DNA of 64,000 nt, taken from Octopus sinensis (lineage: Eukaryota). The notes under the pieces were generated by a model that had not been told where the DNA came from, did no database searches, and worked only from the letters and a program-made list of their open reading frames with translations. The DNA lies in assembly GCF_006345805.1 (NCBI RefSeq), contig NC_043017.1:4836001-4900000 (forward strand), read 5' to 3'. The position numbers were made by a program, and so were the translations under genes. Positions within the stretch are counted from its first letter, which is position 1. Every line of letters starts with the position of its first letter. Shown piece after piece: positions 48,926 through 60,315 of the stretch.

Positions 48926-49190
48926 CACTGCTACTGCTGCTGCTGAAAGTTGGCTAAATTGTTAGCAGACTGTACAAAATACTTAAAGGCATTTCATCCG
49001 TCTTTTACGTCCTGAGTTCAAGCTCTGCCGAGGTAGACTTTGCCTTTTAGCCTACCAGAGTCAACAAAATAAGTACCAGTGAAACGCGGTGGGGTCACCC
49101 CCAAGTTTCAGGCCACAAGAAAGGTTTATCGTCTTGTGGTGTCTTTTATGTATGGTTTACACTAGCCCTTGTGGCTAATAAAAGAATAAT
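47735..49190 (+). mobile_element. Head-to-tail array of about 7 family B SINEs ending in an L1/Tx1-like 3' terminus
   Basis: Repeated heads at about 47735, 47958, 48220, 48418, 48662 and 48946, separated by (ATT)n/(ACT)n; terminal AGCCCTTGTGGCTAATAAAAGAA at about 49163-49186. Confidence 0.85.
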
Positions 49191-49499
49191 TCATTATTAT
49201 TATTATAATTATTATAATTATTATTATTATTATTATTATTAGTGTTGTTGTTGTTGTTATTGACACTGTAGTCTTGTTACAAAAAAAATATATTTAATTA
49301 GTTTGAAATGATATCTGCACTTTTGTTACTATGGAAAGATTTCTCATTATTTCTTTTTTGTTTCTCTTTCATTATTTTTTCTTCTTTTTCCATGAAAACA
49401 TGATTTTTTTGTATTCTTCAATTCTTCATCAGATCAATATTTGTTTTGACCCGTCTCATTATTCTATATTGTCAGCTCTCTACAATCTCCATGTCTTTT

Positions 49500-49513
49500 T
49501 ATGTACGTACGTA

Positions 49514-49547
<34 letters not shown>

Positions 49548-49563
49548 TGTATGTATGTATGTA

Positions 49564-49594
<31 letters not shown>

Positions 49595-49743
49595 CTGTAT
49601 GTACGTATGTATGTATGTATGTGTTTGTGTGTGTATGTATGTGTGTGTGTGTGTTTGTGTGTGTATGTATGTATGTATGTATCCATCCATCCATCCATCC
49701 ATCTATCTATCTATTTATCTCTCTGTCTGTCTCTCTTTCTCTT

Positions 49744-49800
<57 letters not shown>

Positions 49801-49863
49801 TTCTATATCTATCACTCTATCCATCTATTTATCTGTTTCTATCTGTCTCTCTCTTTTTCTCTA

Positions 49864-49923
<60 letters not shown>

Positions 49924-49993
49924 CATCTCTGTCTCTGTCTCTCTTTTTCTTTCTATATCTATCTATCTATCCATCTATTTATCTCTCTGTCTG

Positions 49994-50039
<46 letters not shown>

Positions 50040-50260
50040 CATCTTCACTCTCTCTCTATCTATTTATCCATCTCTTTCTATTCTCTCTCTATCTATCTAT
50101 CTTTCTCTCTCTCTCTCTATCTATCTATCCATCTTCTCTCTCTCTCTCTCTATCTATTTATCCATCTCTTTCTATTCTCTCTCTCTCTCTATCTGTCCAT
50201 CTATTTATCCGTCTCTCTGTCTGTCTCACTCTCTTTCTACCTAGCTATCCATTCTTGTCT
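49500..50260. repeat. Compound (TG)/(TATG)/(TCCA)/(TCTA)/(CT) microsatellite
   Basis: Direct reading; source of the 323-, 280- and 247-aa ORFs. Confidence 0.96.
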
Positions 50261-50381
50261 GTCTGTCTATTACAGACAACACTTATAATTATACATACTT
50301 AATGTATATTCACATTGTATATATACACACTGGTGTAGGCTGTAGAATCAAAAGTGTATTTAACTGCATAAATACATACGT

Positions 50382-50785
50382 ATAGGTGCAGGAGTGGCTG
50401 TGTGGTAAGTAGCTTGTTTACCAACCACATGGTTCCGGGTTCAGTCCCACTGCATGGCACCTTAGGCAAGTGGCTTCTACTATAGCCTCGGACCGACCAA
50501 AGCCTTGTGAGTGGATTTGGTAGACGGAAACTGAAAGAAGCCCATCATATATATGTATATATATATGTATATTTATGTGTGTGTATATGTTTGTGTGTCT
50601 GTGTTTGTTCCTCCAACATCGCTTGACAACAGATGCTGGTGTGTTTATGTCCTCGTAACCTAGCAGTTCAGCAAAAGAGACCGATAGAAGAATAAGTCCT
50701 GGGGTCGATTTGCTCGACTAAAGGCAGTGCTCCAGCATGGCCACAGTCAAATGACTGAAACAAGTAAAAGTGTAAAAGAGTAAAT
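50382..50785 (+). mobile_element. Full-length family A SINE
   Basis: TAGGTGCAGGAGTGGCTGTGTGGTAAG head through GAAACAAGTAAAAGTGTAAAAGAGT. Confidence 0.92.
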
Positions 50786-51019
50786 AGTATACTTACACAA
50801 TATTGTTGCATGATTTAAAAATATCTTTATTCATTACCATATTCTGTTAGTTAACCCACTGTGTAGTACAACTGTGTACCTCTGTACCACATCTGTTGTA
50901 TTAACCTTTAGCACTTTGTAGGTGCATAATGTTACCATATGAGTTTTCTCCCCTCTACTGAAGAAGACCTATACTCCTCAGCAGAAATGTTAACACCGGT
51001 CCTTCTGGTGATGTAAAGG

Positions 51020-51335
51020 ACTCATGGCGGTGCCATATAAAAGTGTCCATGGTGTGCCACTTAGGAGTGCCTGTGCAGTGCCATGTAGAAGAGTCGAATG
51101 TGGTGCCACCTAAAAGTGCTCATATGGCACCATGTAAAAGCACCAGTGCAGTTCCACGTAAAAAGCACCCAGCACACTTGGTAGAGTGGTTGACATTAGG
51201 GAGGGCATCCAGCCATAGAAACTGTGCAAAATCAGACTGGAGTTTGGTGCAGCCCTGCCCAACTTGCCAGCTCTGGTCAAACAGTCCAACCCATGCCAGC
51301 ATGGACAATGGATGTTAAATGATGATGAGGATGAA
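51020..51335 (+). mobile_element. RTE 3' UTR/tail (family E)
   Basis: Degenerate GTGCCATGTAAAAG units and a (GAT)n tail. Confidence 0.8.
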
Positions 51336-51419
51336 GTAACAGAGCAGTGCCAGGGAAAACAGTTCTAGAAAAAATGTAGTGTGCCAAAGGCTAAAATACA
51401 ACTTCCTCACTTAAAATAT

Positions 51420-51740
51420 GTGAAGGTGCATGGCTCAGTGGTTGGAGGGTCAGGCTCATGATCATGAAGTAGTAAGTTCAATTCTCATACCAGGCCATGT
51501 GTTGTGTTCTTGAGCAAGACACTTTATTTCACGCTGCTCTAGAAATGAATTGCAACGTCACTGGTGCCAAGCTGTATCGGCCATTTTTGCCTTTCCCTCG
51601 GATAACATCGGTGATGTGGGAAGAAGAGGCTGGTATGCATGGGTGACTGTAGGTCTTCCATAAACAACCTTGCCTGGACTTGTGCCTAGGAAGGGAACTT
51701 TCTAGGTCAAATCTCATGGTTGTTCATGACCGAATGGGAA
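51420..51740 (+). mobile_element. tRNA-headed CORE-like SINE (family D1)
   Basis: A-box TGGCTCAGTGG, B-box AAGTTCAATTC, CORE-like TGTGTTCTTGAGCAAGACACTTTATTTCACG. Confidence 0.82.
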
Positions 51741-51822
51741 CGTGAAACTCTGAGTAACAGCTTTTGTTATATTTCTGCTGCTTTTAAATAAAGTATATAT
51801 ATATATATATACACACACAAAA

Positions 51823-51857
<35 letters not shown>

Positions 51858-51861
<4 letters not shown>

Positions 51862-52078
51862 CTTTCAAAATGTGACCTCGTGTGTACTGTTGGCGATTTT
51901 TTTTCCTCTGTCTTCCCTTCTCTGGATCTTTCCTTCTCCTATGTTTCCGATGAAGAGCTCCGCTCGAAGCGTTAAACTCTCCTTCTTTCCTTCTTTCCTG
52001 AGCGTCCAATAATACTATATTTGTTCCACGTCCTTGCGTTGTTGTGTTTTTTTTGTGCTTTCTTGTTTGGATTAACTT
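51858..52078 (+). mobile_element. Family J element with hammerhead motif at 51943-51977
   Basis: GTTT-CCGATGA-A-GAGC-TCC-GCTC-GAA-GCGT-T-AAAC: helices I and II perfect, U4 and A15.1 substituted; preceded by a TA run. Confidence 0.7.
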
Positions 52079-53131
52079 TCATCATCATCATCATCGTTTA
52101 GTGTCCGCTTTCCATGCTGGCATGGGTTGGACGGACATATATATATATAAACTGAAAGAAGTCTGTTGTATATATATATATATAACAGACTTCTTTCAGT
52201 TTCTCTCTACCAAATCCACTCACAAGGCTTTGGTCAGCCTGAGGCTATAGTAGAAAACACTTGCCCAAGGTGCCATGCAGTGGAACTGAACCTGGAACCA
52301 TGTGGTTGGGAAGCAAATTTCTTACCACATGACTACTCTTGGAAAGAAAGAGAGAGAGAGAGAGAGAAAAAGAGCTAAATGTGAATGTATGTGTATATGT
52401 GTGTATATATATATATATCTTTTCCTTCTACCCTCATCTCACCAAGAAAAAAGCCCATACAACAACAACAGCAACAGCAACAACAACAAAGTCATTATTC
52501 AACTACAACAAATGCCCGACTGTGTAGAACTGTGCTAATCACATTCATACACATGCTTTAACATTTCACTTATATCTTACATCAATGAAGCTACTTATTA
52601 TTATCATTATTATTATTATCATCATCATCATCATCATCATTATTATTATTATTGATGATTAGGTCAGTGAGTGGAGGTGGAAGAGAGATAACGGTTGTGT
52701 GGTACCCGGGGAAGATGAGTGAAGTATGCTGGGTCTGACATGTATGAATGTTTGCTTTCATAACTCACATCAATGAAGCCTTTGTTGTCATCGAAGCTAA
52801 CAACAGGTGGAGATGAAGAAAACTATTGAAGCATTATTCTCAGGGGTGAGTACCCCCGAGGGTGGGTGACATTGGGTGTAGTCGTACTCACTTTGAAAAT
52901 TTATTTCTATACATTTCACTGTATTATATACCCACTGTTTGGCTCAGTATAAATATAAAATCATCATTGCTATCATTATCATCATCATAATCATCATAGC
53001 CATCATCATAATCATTTTCATCATAATTGTTGCTGCCATCATCATAATCATCGTCATAACCATCATCGTCATTATCATCATAATCATCATCATCATGACC
53101 ATTTTTGGTTTTTCTGTCTATGCCCTGCCTC

Positions 53132-53168
<37 letters not shown>

Positions 53169-53439
53169 TGGCCTTCATACAGTTTCTGTCTATTAATTCT
53201 ATTCACAAGGCATTGGCTGGCTCAAGGCTGTAATAGAAATCTCTTGCCTATATATAAATGTGTGTGTGTCTGTGTGTGTGTTTGTGTGTGTCTACAGAAA
53301 TGAAGAAAGCAGATAAACAAAGTAGGCTAGTGTATTTACATGGAATATAAACTGATAAAAGAAATGATGTAATAGTCTGATCTTGACAGCTGTTTCGGAT
53401 GAACTATGACTTGTGGCATAATTATGTCTATTATGTCAA

Positions 53440-53612
53440 GTGAGTACAAAATTGTTTACTAAAAATGGTATAAGGTCTGTACTCTCCAAGCGAGTACAGA
53501 ATTGTTTACTAAAAATGCTATAAGGTCTGTACTCTCCAAGCGAGTACAGAATTGTTTACTAGAAATGCTATAAGGTCTGTACTCATCGAGTACACAAGTG
53601 TTTGTTTACTCA
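53440..53612. repeat. Tandem array of three 50-bp units, each bounded by the 9-bp inverted repeat GAGTACAGA...TCTGTACTC
   Basis: TAAGGTCTGT recurs at 53471, 53521 and 53571 (period 50). Confidence 0.92.
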
Positions 53613-53784
53613 CCGAGGGCATTGAAGTCGATGGTAAAATATTTATTGTAGAAATGGATGCAGCCACACACACATGCACGCACGCACACACACACACACA
53701 CACACACACAACACACACACACACACCCGTGTGTACAATTTGGTTTTCTAACTCCTGACATTGTTTCCTTTTCTGTTTTTGCAG

Positions 53785-53929
53785 CAAGCCAAAGACATTG
53801 GCTACAAAGACCTTCCGAGGATCCGTGTTGACGGAGGAAGGGATGAGTTTGAGAAATTCTGGGGTTACGATACTTTGGAGAGTATAAAAGAGAACACAAT
53901 ACAACAAAACCATAGAAGATGTACACAAG
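53785..53929 (+). CDS. raskol: Internal coding exon B (145 nt, phase 0 in, phase 1 out), next exon of the same RasGAP-like gene
   Basis: Acceptor ttcttttctgtttttgcAG-type pyrimidine tract ending at 53784 and donor AAG|GTAAGA at 53930. Reads QAKDIGYKDLPRIRVDGGRDEFEKFWGYDTLESIKENTIQQNHRRCTQ and joins exon A in frame (SEE|QAK). LPRxRxDGG...WGYDT matches the recalled raskol-type motif. Confidence 0.72.
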
Positions 53930-54714
53930 GTAAGAGACACAATAAGCCATCTTGCTTTCTCTCTTTTTTGTCTCTCTTTATTTTTTGTCTTTTTTTGTCT
54001 TTCATTCTCCCTCACTGTCTTCCTTTCTCTCTTTATTTCTTTTCTCTTTTATCATTTTTCTTTCATGCTTTCTTTCTCTTTCTTTCCTTCTCTCCATCCT
54101 TTGGTTCTTTCTCTCTTTACTTTTTTTTTGTCTCTCCCTATCACTCCCTTTATCTCTCTTCTTTTTTTTCTTCTATTCTCCTCCTTCTTCCTCCCCCCTC
54201 CCCCTCTCTCATATTCTTTGATCGTTTGTGTCTCTCTTTCACTTTCTTTCTTGTTTGTGTTGTCACTTTGTTTAAGCCAAACCAACAGAATTGTTCCAAT
54301 GCCAAAGATATGAGATATAGGTTTGGCACTCAAGAATTCCTCAACAACAAAGTCAAAAAAACTTCCAAAAAAGATACGTGTCTTAACTTAGAACTGTTCC
54401 ACTTTTAATTTCTAAACCATTGAAATATTATTCTTCTCCATTCCTTCAACATTTGATAAACTAATTCCTGATTCTCTCACTTGGCTGAGAGTTTGGTAAA
54501 CAGAAGTCCTGGGTTTGTGATGCAGTTTTGATTTTTCAGTTGTGGCTGTAAAGCACTTATCAATATGTGGGGAAAGGAATGAACATCACAACACATCTAT
54601 TCACATCTCTGTAAAAACATGAACATCATTGCTTAGCTCCTCACTTCTCTATTAAAGCATCAACACAACAACACCTTCATTAATTCAATTGAAGTTGTTG
54701 ATTCGTTCGTGACT

Positions 54715-55075
54715 GTACGATAAGATTGCTTACCAACCACATGATTCCAGGTTCAGTCCCACTGCGTGGTACCTTGGACAAGTGTCTTCAACTATAGCCT
54801 TGGGCCAGCCAGACTTGTGAGTGGACTTGGTAGATGAAAACTGAAAGAAGCCTGTCGTGTGTGTGTATATTATATATATATATATATATATATCACTACA
54901 TACATTTTTTCTCTCCCTGTTTCTCTCGTTTTTTTTCCATGTCCCTTTCTGTAGAAGAGCGTAGGCTCAAAACCTATAAAAAACTTTTTCAATTCCTGAG
55001 CATTATACTAATACATCTGTTTGTTTTCTGCACCACCTGTCTTTGTCTTTTGTTTTTTTCGTGAACTCTCCTTTA
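54715..55075 (+). mobile_element. Family A 5' half followed by a family K element
   Basis: Identity to the other copies; hammerhead-like motif at 54945-54980 is degenerate. Confidence 0.75.
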
Positions 55076-55289
55076 TATATATATATATATATATAATATA
55101 TATATATATAATTTAGAGACAAACTGCTATCTAGTTATTCCATCAATAGTGAAAAGATATTATCTATAATAACCGCATAGAAATTAATTAAATATCTTAT
55201 AATTATTATTCTAAAAATCTCATAAATCAAACATTAAATTGACCCAGATTTAAAACACTGGATGATGATGATGATGATGATAAACAGAA

Positions 55290-55760
55290 AAGCCTTAAGG
55301 TGGTACTTTTTCCATTCACCAAAGTGAATGGAGCCTTGGCCAGGAGGAACTGATGTTATTAGACCCCGAACTGTAACATTCTTCCGTTGATGGTTCAGCA
55401 GAGGTGGTCATGTCACTGCTCCTCATCTCCTGGCTTCCAGCTTAATTCCTCTCTCTTGCTCCAAAGCCAGTGAAAGGATCTTTCAGCTGTCTCTCCCATC
55501 CTGCACACAGCCACGCTTTGCTCCTTACTTCTCGTTCGAATGGCTGTAAGCATCCTCAATGCCAGCTGAGCAGGAAATCCCTTACAGCCAATCTCGACAG
55601 GGAAAAACCATACCTGCCATCCCTTCTCCTTGCAATCCTGCAGAAGGCTCTCTCATTTGGCAAGCTTCCATTCATGGGCCTCATTACACCCCTCTTCCCG
55701 TGGGACTGTCTGTTCAATTACGATAATGTACTTATGAACCGCACAGAGCTATCAAAAATT
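55290..55760 (-). pseudogene. 3' end of a Hero/NeSL-type non-LTR retrotransposon (RLE domain)
   Basis: 55727 to 55413 reads IIVIEQTVPREEGCNEAHEWKLAK*ESLLQDCKEKGWQVWFFPVEIGCKGFPAQLALRMLTAIRTRSKEQSVAVCRMGETAERSFHWLWSKREELSWKPGDEEQ*, matching ELTVPWE...RK..KY...GW....PVEVGCRGF...AERAS.WLW..R. Confidence 0.8.
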
Positions 55761-56419
55761 GTACTAGTTGATACTTTGGTTTGTCTACATGTATAGCTAC
55801 AATATTGCCTCAGTATTGTACCTCAGTATTATATCAAGTAGTCATTGATTATTCGAAACAGCTGTAAAGATAAGACTTATTTACATCATGTGATTGTATA
55901 CGCATCTTTTAATACAAATAGTTTCCTTACGCTTATTATCATTCATCTTTCTACTTATATACGGTTATTGCAGCTGGCGTCTCACAAACATACACATATT
56001 TATGTGTGTGAATATGTGTGTGTTTGTGTGTGTGTGAATGTATATATGCAGCCTGCTTGAAATTTAAAGCAAGATAAAGGAGTTTTCTCAGCTTGCATGA
56101 TTAAGATATTTCTTCCATTGTTAATATGTTGCAGCAATTGTTTTTACAGTTGGCTGCTTTTGTTACTGCTAATCATTGAACCGTGAAGTGTGGGGTTGAT
56201 GATGATGATGATGGTGGTGGTAGTGGTGGTGAGTGGTGCTGTTTATGTAAGGAAAAATAAAACCAGGAAAGTTACTCAGGGTTAGAATATGATATAATGA
56301 CGCTAGTAAGTTCTGAACCGAATATATTTGTGGTCAATGGTCCAGTTCAGTTGTCCATCATTGGCATGGAACATTTCTTGGTATTGATTCTGTTATTCAT
56401 CATCATAATCATCATCATC

Positions 56420-56672
56420 ATTGTCTTAATGTTCACTTTTCTCTGCTTGCATGGGTCGGATGGAATCTATCAAGGCAGATTTTCCTACGGCTGGATGCTC
56501 TCCCTGTTGCCAACCCTCATCTGCTTCCAAACAAGATAACATCTCCCCGTGGCCAGACATGTTTTTCCAGCAGACTGGAAACAAACGACACTGCTTGTAT
56601 GATGGTGACTCTTGTTTACAACCACCATGTGATGTAAAAACAAAGAAACAGTGACACACTCATATATATGCA

Positions 56673-56708
<36 letters not shown>

Positions 56709-57070
56709 ACTGGCTTCTTTCAAGCTTTATCTACCAGATCCACTCACAAGGCCTGGGACTATAATAGAAGATACTTGCCCAAGGTACCACACGGTGGGAC
56801 TGAACCTAAGACCTCGTGGACGTTAGAGCAGACTTCTTACCATACAGCCATGCCTGCTTCTGTAATTTGTCTTTTATCACTTACTAGCATCCCGGCCATG
56901 CTGCAGCAATGCTTTGAATTTTTATTTGAATGAATTGATCCCAGTAGTATATTTTTTCTGTTAAAACCTGGTACTTATTCTATCAGTCGCTTTTGCCGAA
57001 CCGCTCAGTTACAGGGACGTAAACACATCAACAGATGGTGGTAGGGGACAAACAGACACAAAGTCACACA
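56420..57070 (-). mobile_element. Family G fragment and a decayed family A SINE
   Basis: Identity to the other copies. Confidence 0.75.
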
Positions 57071-57097
57071 CATGTCTATATATATATATATATGTAT

Positions 57098-57935
57098 ATC
57101 AAATCAAATCAAAATAGATGAACATCAATGGAATTTGTATCTTTGTGGTACCAGTGCCGGTGGCACACAAGAAAACCATCCGAACGTGGCCGTAGCCAGT
57201 ACCGCATCGACTGGCCTCCGTGCTGTGGGCACGTAACAAACACCATCCGATCGTGGCCGTTCGCCAGCCTCATCTGGCACCTGTGTGGTGGCACATAAAA
57301 CACCATCCGAAGACCCGGCAAGACTAGTCAGGCCATAAACCGTGGCCCCTACCTGCGACGTAGTCAGTCCACCTGTGCATACCTTCCTTCTTGTGACACT
57401 TGTGAAGACCTGTTGAGGCAAGTGAAAATCAAATCAAATCAAATCAAAATAGATGAACATCAATAGAATTTGTATCTTTGTGGTACCAGTGCCGGTGGCA
57501 CACAAGAAAATCATCCGAACGTGGCCGTAGCCAGTACCGCATAGACTGGCCTCCGTGCTTTGGGGACGTAACAAACACCATCCGATCGTGGCCGTCCGCC
57601 AGCCTCATCTGGCACCTGTGTCGGTGGCACATAAAAAACACCATCCGAGCGTGGCCGTCTGCCAGCCTCGTCTGGCACCTGTGTCGGTGGTGGCAATAAA
57701 AACACCATCCGAGCGTGGCCGTTCGCCAGCCTCGTCTGGCACCTGTGTCGGGGCACATAAAATCACCCACTACACTCTCGGAGTGGTTGGCGTTAGGAAG
57801 GGCATCCAGCTTAGAAAACACTGCCAGATCTGACTGGCCTGGTGCAGCCTTCGGGCTCCCCAGACCCCAGTTGAACCGTCCAACCCATGCTAGCATGGAA
57901 AACGGACGCTAAATGATGATGATGATGATGATGAT
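57098..57935 (+). mobile_element. Young RTE 3' UTR with an internal direct duplication and ~60-bp tandem subrepeats
   Basis: 57098-57310 duplicates about 57433-57650 (CAAAT repeats, ACCATCCGA.CGTGGCCGT...GGCACCTGTGT units); CpGs retained; (GAT)n tail. Confidence 0.9.
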
Positions 57936-57974
57936 GATATATATATATATACACACACATGCATACATATATAC

Positions 57975-58562
57975 ACTGTCATCATCATCGTTATTGTCAT
58001 CACCACCACCGCCATCATCATCATCATCATTGCCATCGTCATTGACAGTCACCATCATCCTCATCGTCATTCCCACATCACCATAATCATCTTCATCATC
58101 ATGGTTGTTATCATCATCATCATCACCATCATTACTAGAATGGTTATCGGTAAAGTTGAAACCTTCCTCATCGATTATTGATTTCCAATTTTTTTTTTTT
58201 TTTTTTTTGTTATTATGTAACTGATGCAATCATCATCATCAATATCACTGTTACTGTCATCATCATCATCATCAATCCCATCGTCATCATTTCTAACCAT
58301 CAGTATCAGCACCACTACCACAGTGGCCTCCGACCCCTACCACCGCCATCATAGTATGCCACAACCATTGTCATCACCACCACTATCGTCATCATCATCA
58401 TCACCATCATATCACCATCATTACCATCATCATCATTGTATCATCATAATCACCACCACCACCATCATCATCATGATCACCACCATCACCACCACCACTA
58501 CCACCGCCACCATCATCATCATCATCACCACCACTCCCACCATCACCACGATCCTCACCACC

Positions 58563-58593
<31 letters not shown>

Positions 58594-58700
58594 CCACCAT
58601 CATCATCATCACCACCACCACCATCATCATCACCATCATCATTACCATGATCCTCACCACCATCATCATCACCCTCATCACCATCATCATCATCATCGTC
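57975..58700. repeat. (CAT)/(CAC)n trinucleotide low-complexity tracts
   Basis: Direct reading; source of the poly-H/T/I/M ORFs. Confidence 0.92.
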
Positions 58701-59227
58701 CCACTGTCCTATTCAGAATCATGTAAACAAGAATTTTACATTTCCATAATAGCCATTTATTGCCATTCTTTCGCTGCCGTTCTTGTGCAGTGTTGCATGA
58801 ACCAATTGTAAGGAATCGCTTCGGTCTGTTGCAGCAATGAAACCAGATATCGTTAATGTTAAATTATTTAAATAAAAATAATAAATAGTTTAAATCTTCT
58901 GGAATTTGGCCAACCTTCTTTATCTCTCTTCAAAACATTCAACTAATTTTTTTCAAAGATGGAGGAGGAATGGTGATGATTTGGTAAAATGGTGAGTGGT
59001 GAATGGTGAGTGATGAATGATGAGGGGTGAGGCCCAGAGTTAAAAAAGTAAGGAGTATTTTTTGAAATTGTTAATATATTTCATGCTTCGTTTGTTCCAA
59101 GAACAAAGACCAATCAATTATGAATGTGGTGCCATCATGTGGTTGACCAGCCTGGTAGAAATAGCAACCAATTATCCCTGCAAATCATGAATCCTATAAT
59201 CTGTGCAAAATGTTGGATGGATCACGT

Positions 59228-59762
59228 CTATTATTATTATTATTGAGTGAGAGAGCAGTTCATGCCATCAAAGTGACACTGGGGTAAAATATACGAAGCC
59301 CAATATACCCATCATGACTACCCGTCTGATAAAGGTACACCAGGCACATGCATCACAACCATATGTGCGCGACATGGTGATCTCATATCAAGATAAACAG
59401 CACATGACCTTGCAGGTGGGGCCCAGTTAGAATTTTCTTCAGGTTGAGTAGCCCATCCCGCTCAAACGGTCCCTGAATAGGGTTGCTTAAGGATGTTGAA
59501 AGAACCACCCATGTTTCCAGAGGTGAACTATTCAAATCCCAAAGAATCCCTCTCAACACATGGCTATGATGCTCCCCCACTACTTCTGCTCGTGATCAGA
59601 GATGCACATATCGTCAGCCACTAAGGGACATGCTCAACTGGTTAAGGTCAAACAACTGACAAGCAAATCTGTGGTATTGAGCAGAATATTTGCTGTAGCC
59701 CATCTTTTATACCAAGACAAAACAATGTACATGATAACACTTCCAATCAGTTAAGATCAGAA

Positions 59763-59765
<3 letters not shown>
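59228..59765 (-). mobile_element. Family F repeat (~530 bp) flanked by (ATT)n on both sides
   Basis: Well preserved; matches 40180-40460; no recognisable ORF. Confidence 0.8.
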
Positions 59766-59800
<35 letters not shown>

Positions 59801-60097
59801 TATTATTGTTATTATTATTATTTTTTTTATTAACCTTTTTGGTGCTAACCCGGCTGAAACTGCCTCTGGTTCTGTAGTAGAAATGTATTGTTTTCAAAAG
59901 TTCTGAATTAAAATCTCCCACCAAACCTTAGTCACAATTTGTGCTCCTAACACTAGCTTAATGATGACTAAATTATTTTACTAAATTCTTTGTTATATTT
60001 AAAATTAACTGAAAGAAACACAGAACATCTCAAAATGGATACGGTAATGATTTGGTTTGCAAGATTCTTTATATGAGTTTGTGTGTTGAAGCATATT

Positions 60098-60262
60098 CTG
60101 TTGTGTCTGGGGAGAGTCATTTTCTTTTTGTGCCTTATAGAGTCAAGACTATCGAAAAGGTTGCAAGATGCAATGAAAATTTTAGGAAAATAAAAATAAG
60201 AAAAAAGTGGAAATTTTAGTGGTAAGGCACAAAAAGAAAATGACTCTCCCCAGACACAACAG
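60098..60262. repeat. Perfect 40-bp inverted repeat with 85-bp spacer
   Basis: CTGTTGTGTCTGGGGAGAGTCATTTTCTTTTTGTGCCTTA (60098-60137) is the exact reverse complement of 60223-60262. Confidence 0.95.
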
Positions 60263-60281
60263 TATATATATATATATATTA

Positions 60282-60315
<34 letters not shown>

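Noticed and set aside
49331-50302. 323-aa ORF and overlapping 280/247-aa ORFs
   Set aside because: Translations of (TG)/(TCTA)/(CT) microsatellites; no complexity, and open in several frames.
53440-53612. CRISPR-like appearance of the 50-bp array and of the RTE ~60-bp units at 57100-57770
   Set aside because: Eukaryotic context, the spacers are identical rather than unique, and there are no cas genes.
53606-53950. 114-aa minus-strand ORF
   Set aside because: Shadow of exon B on the opposite strand.
58224-58811. Poly-His/Thr/Ile ORFs (also 28604-28888)
   Set aside because: (CAT)/(CAC)n tracts open in multiple frames; no splice or domain support.
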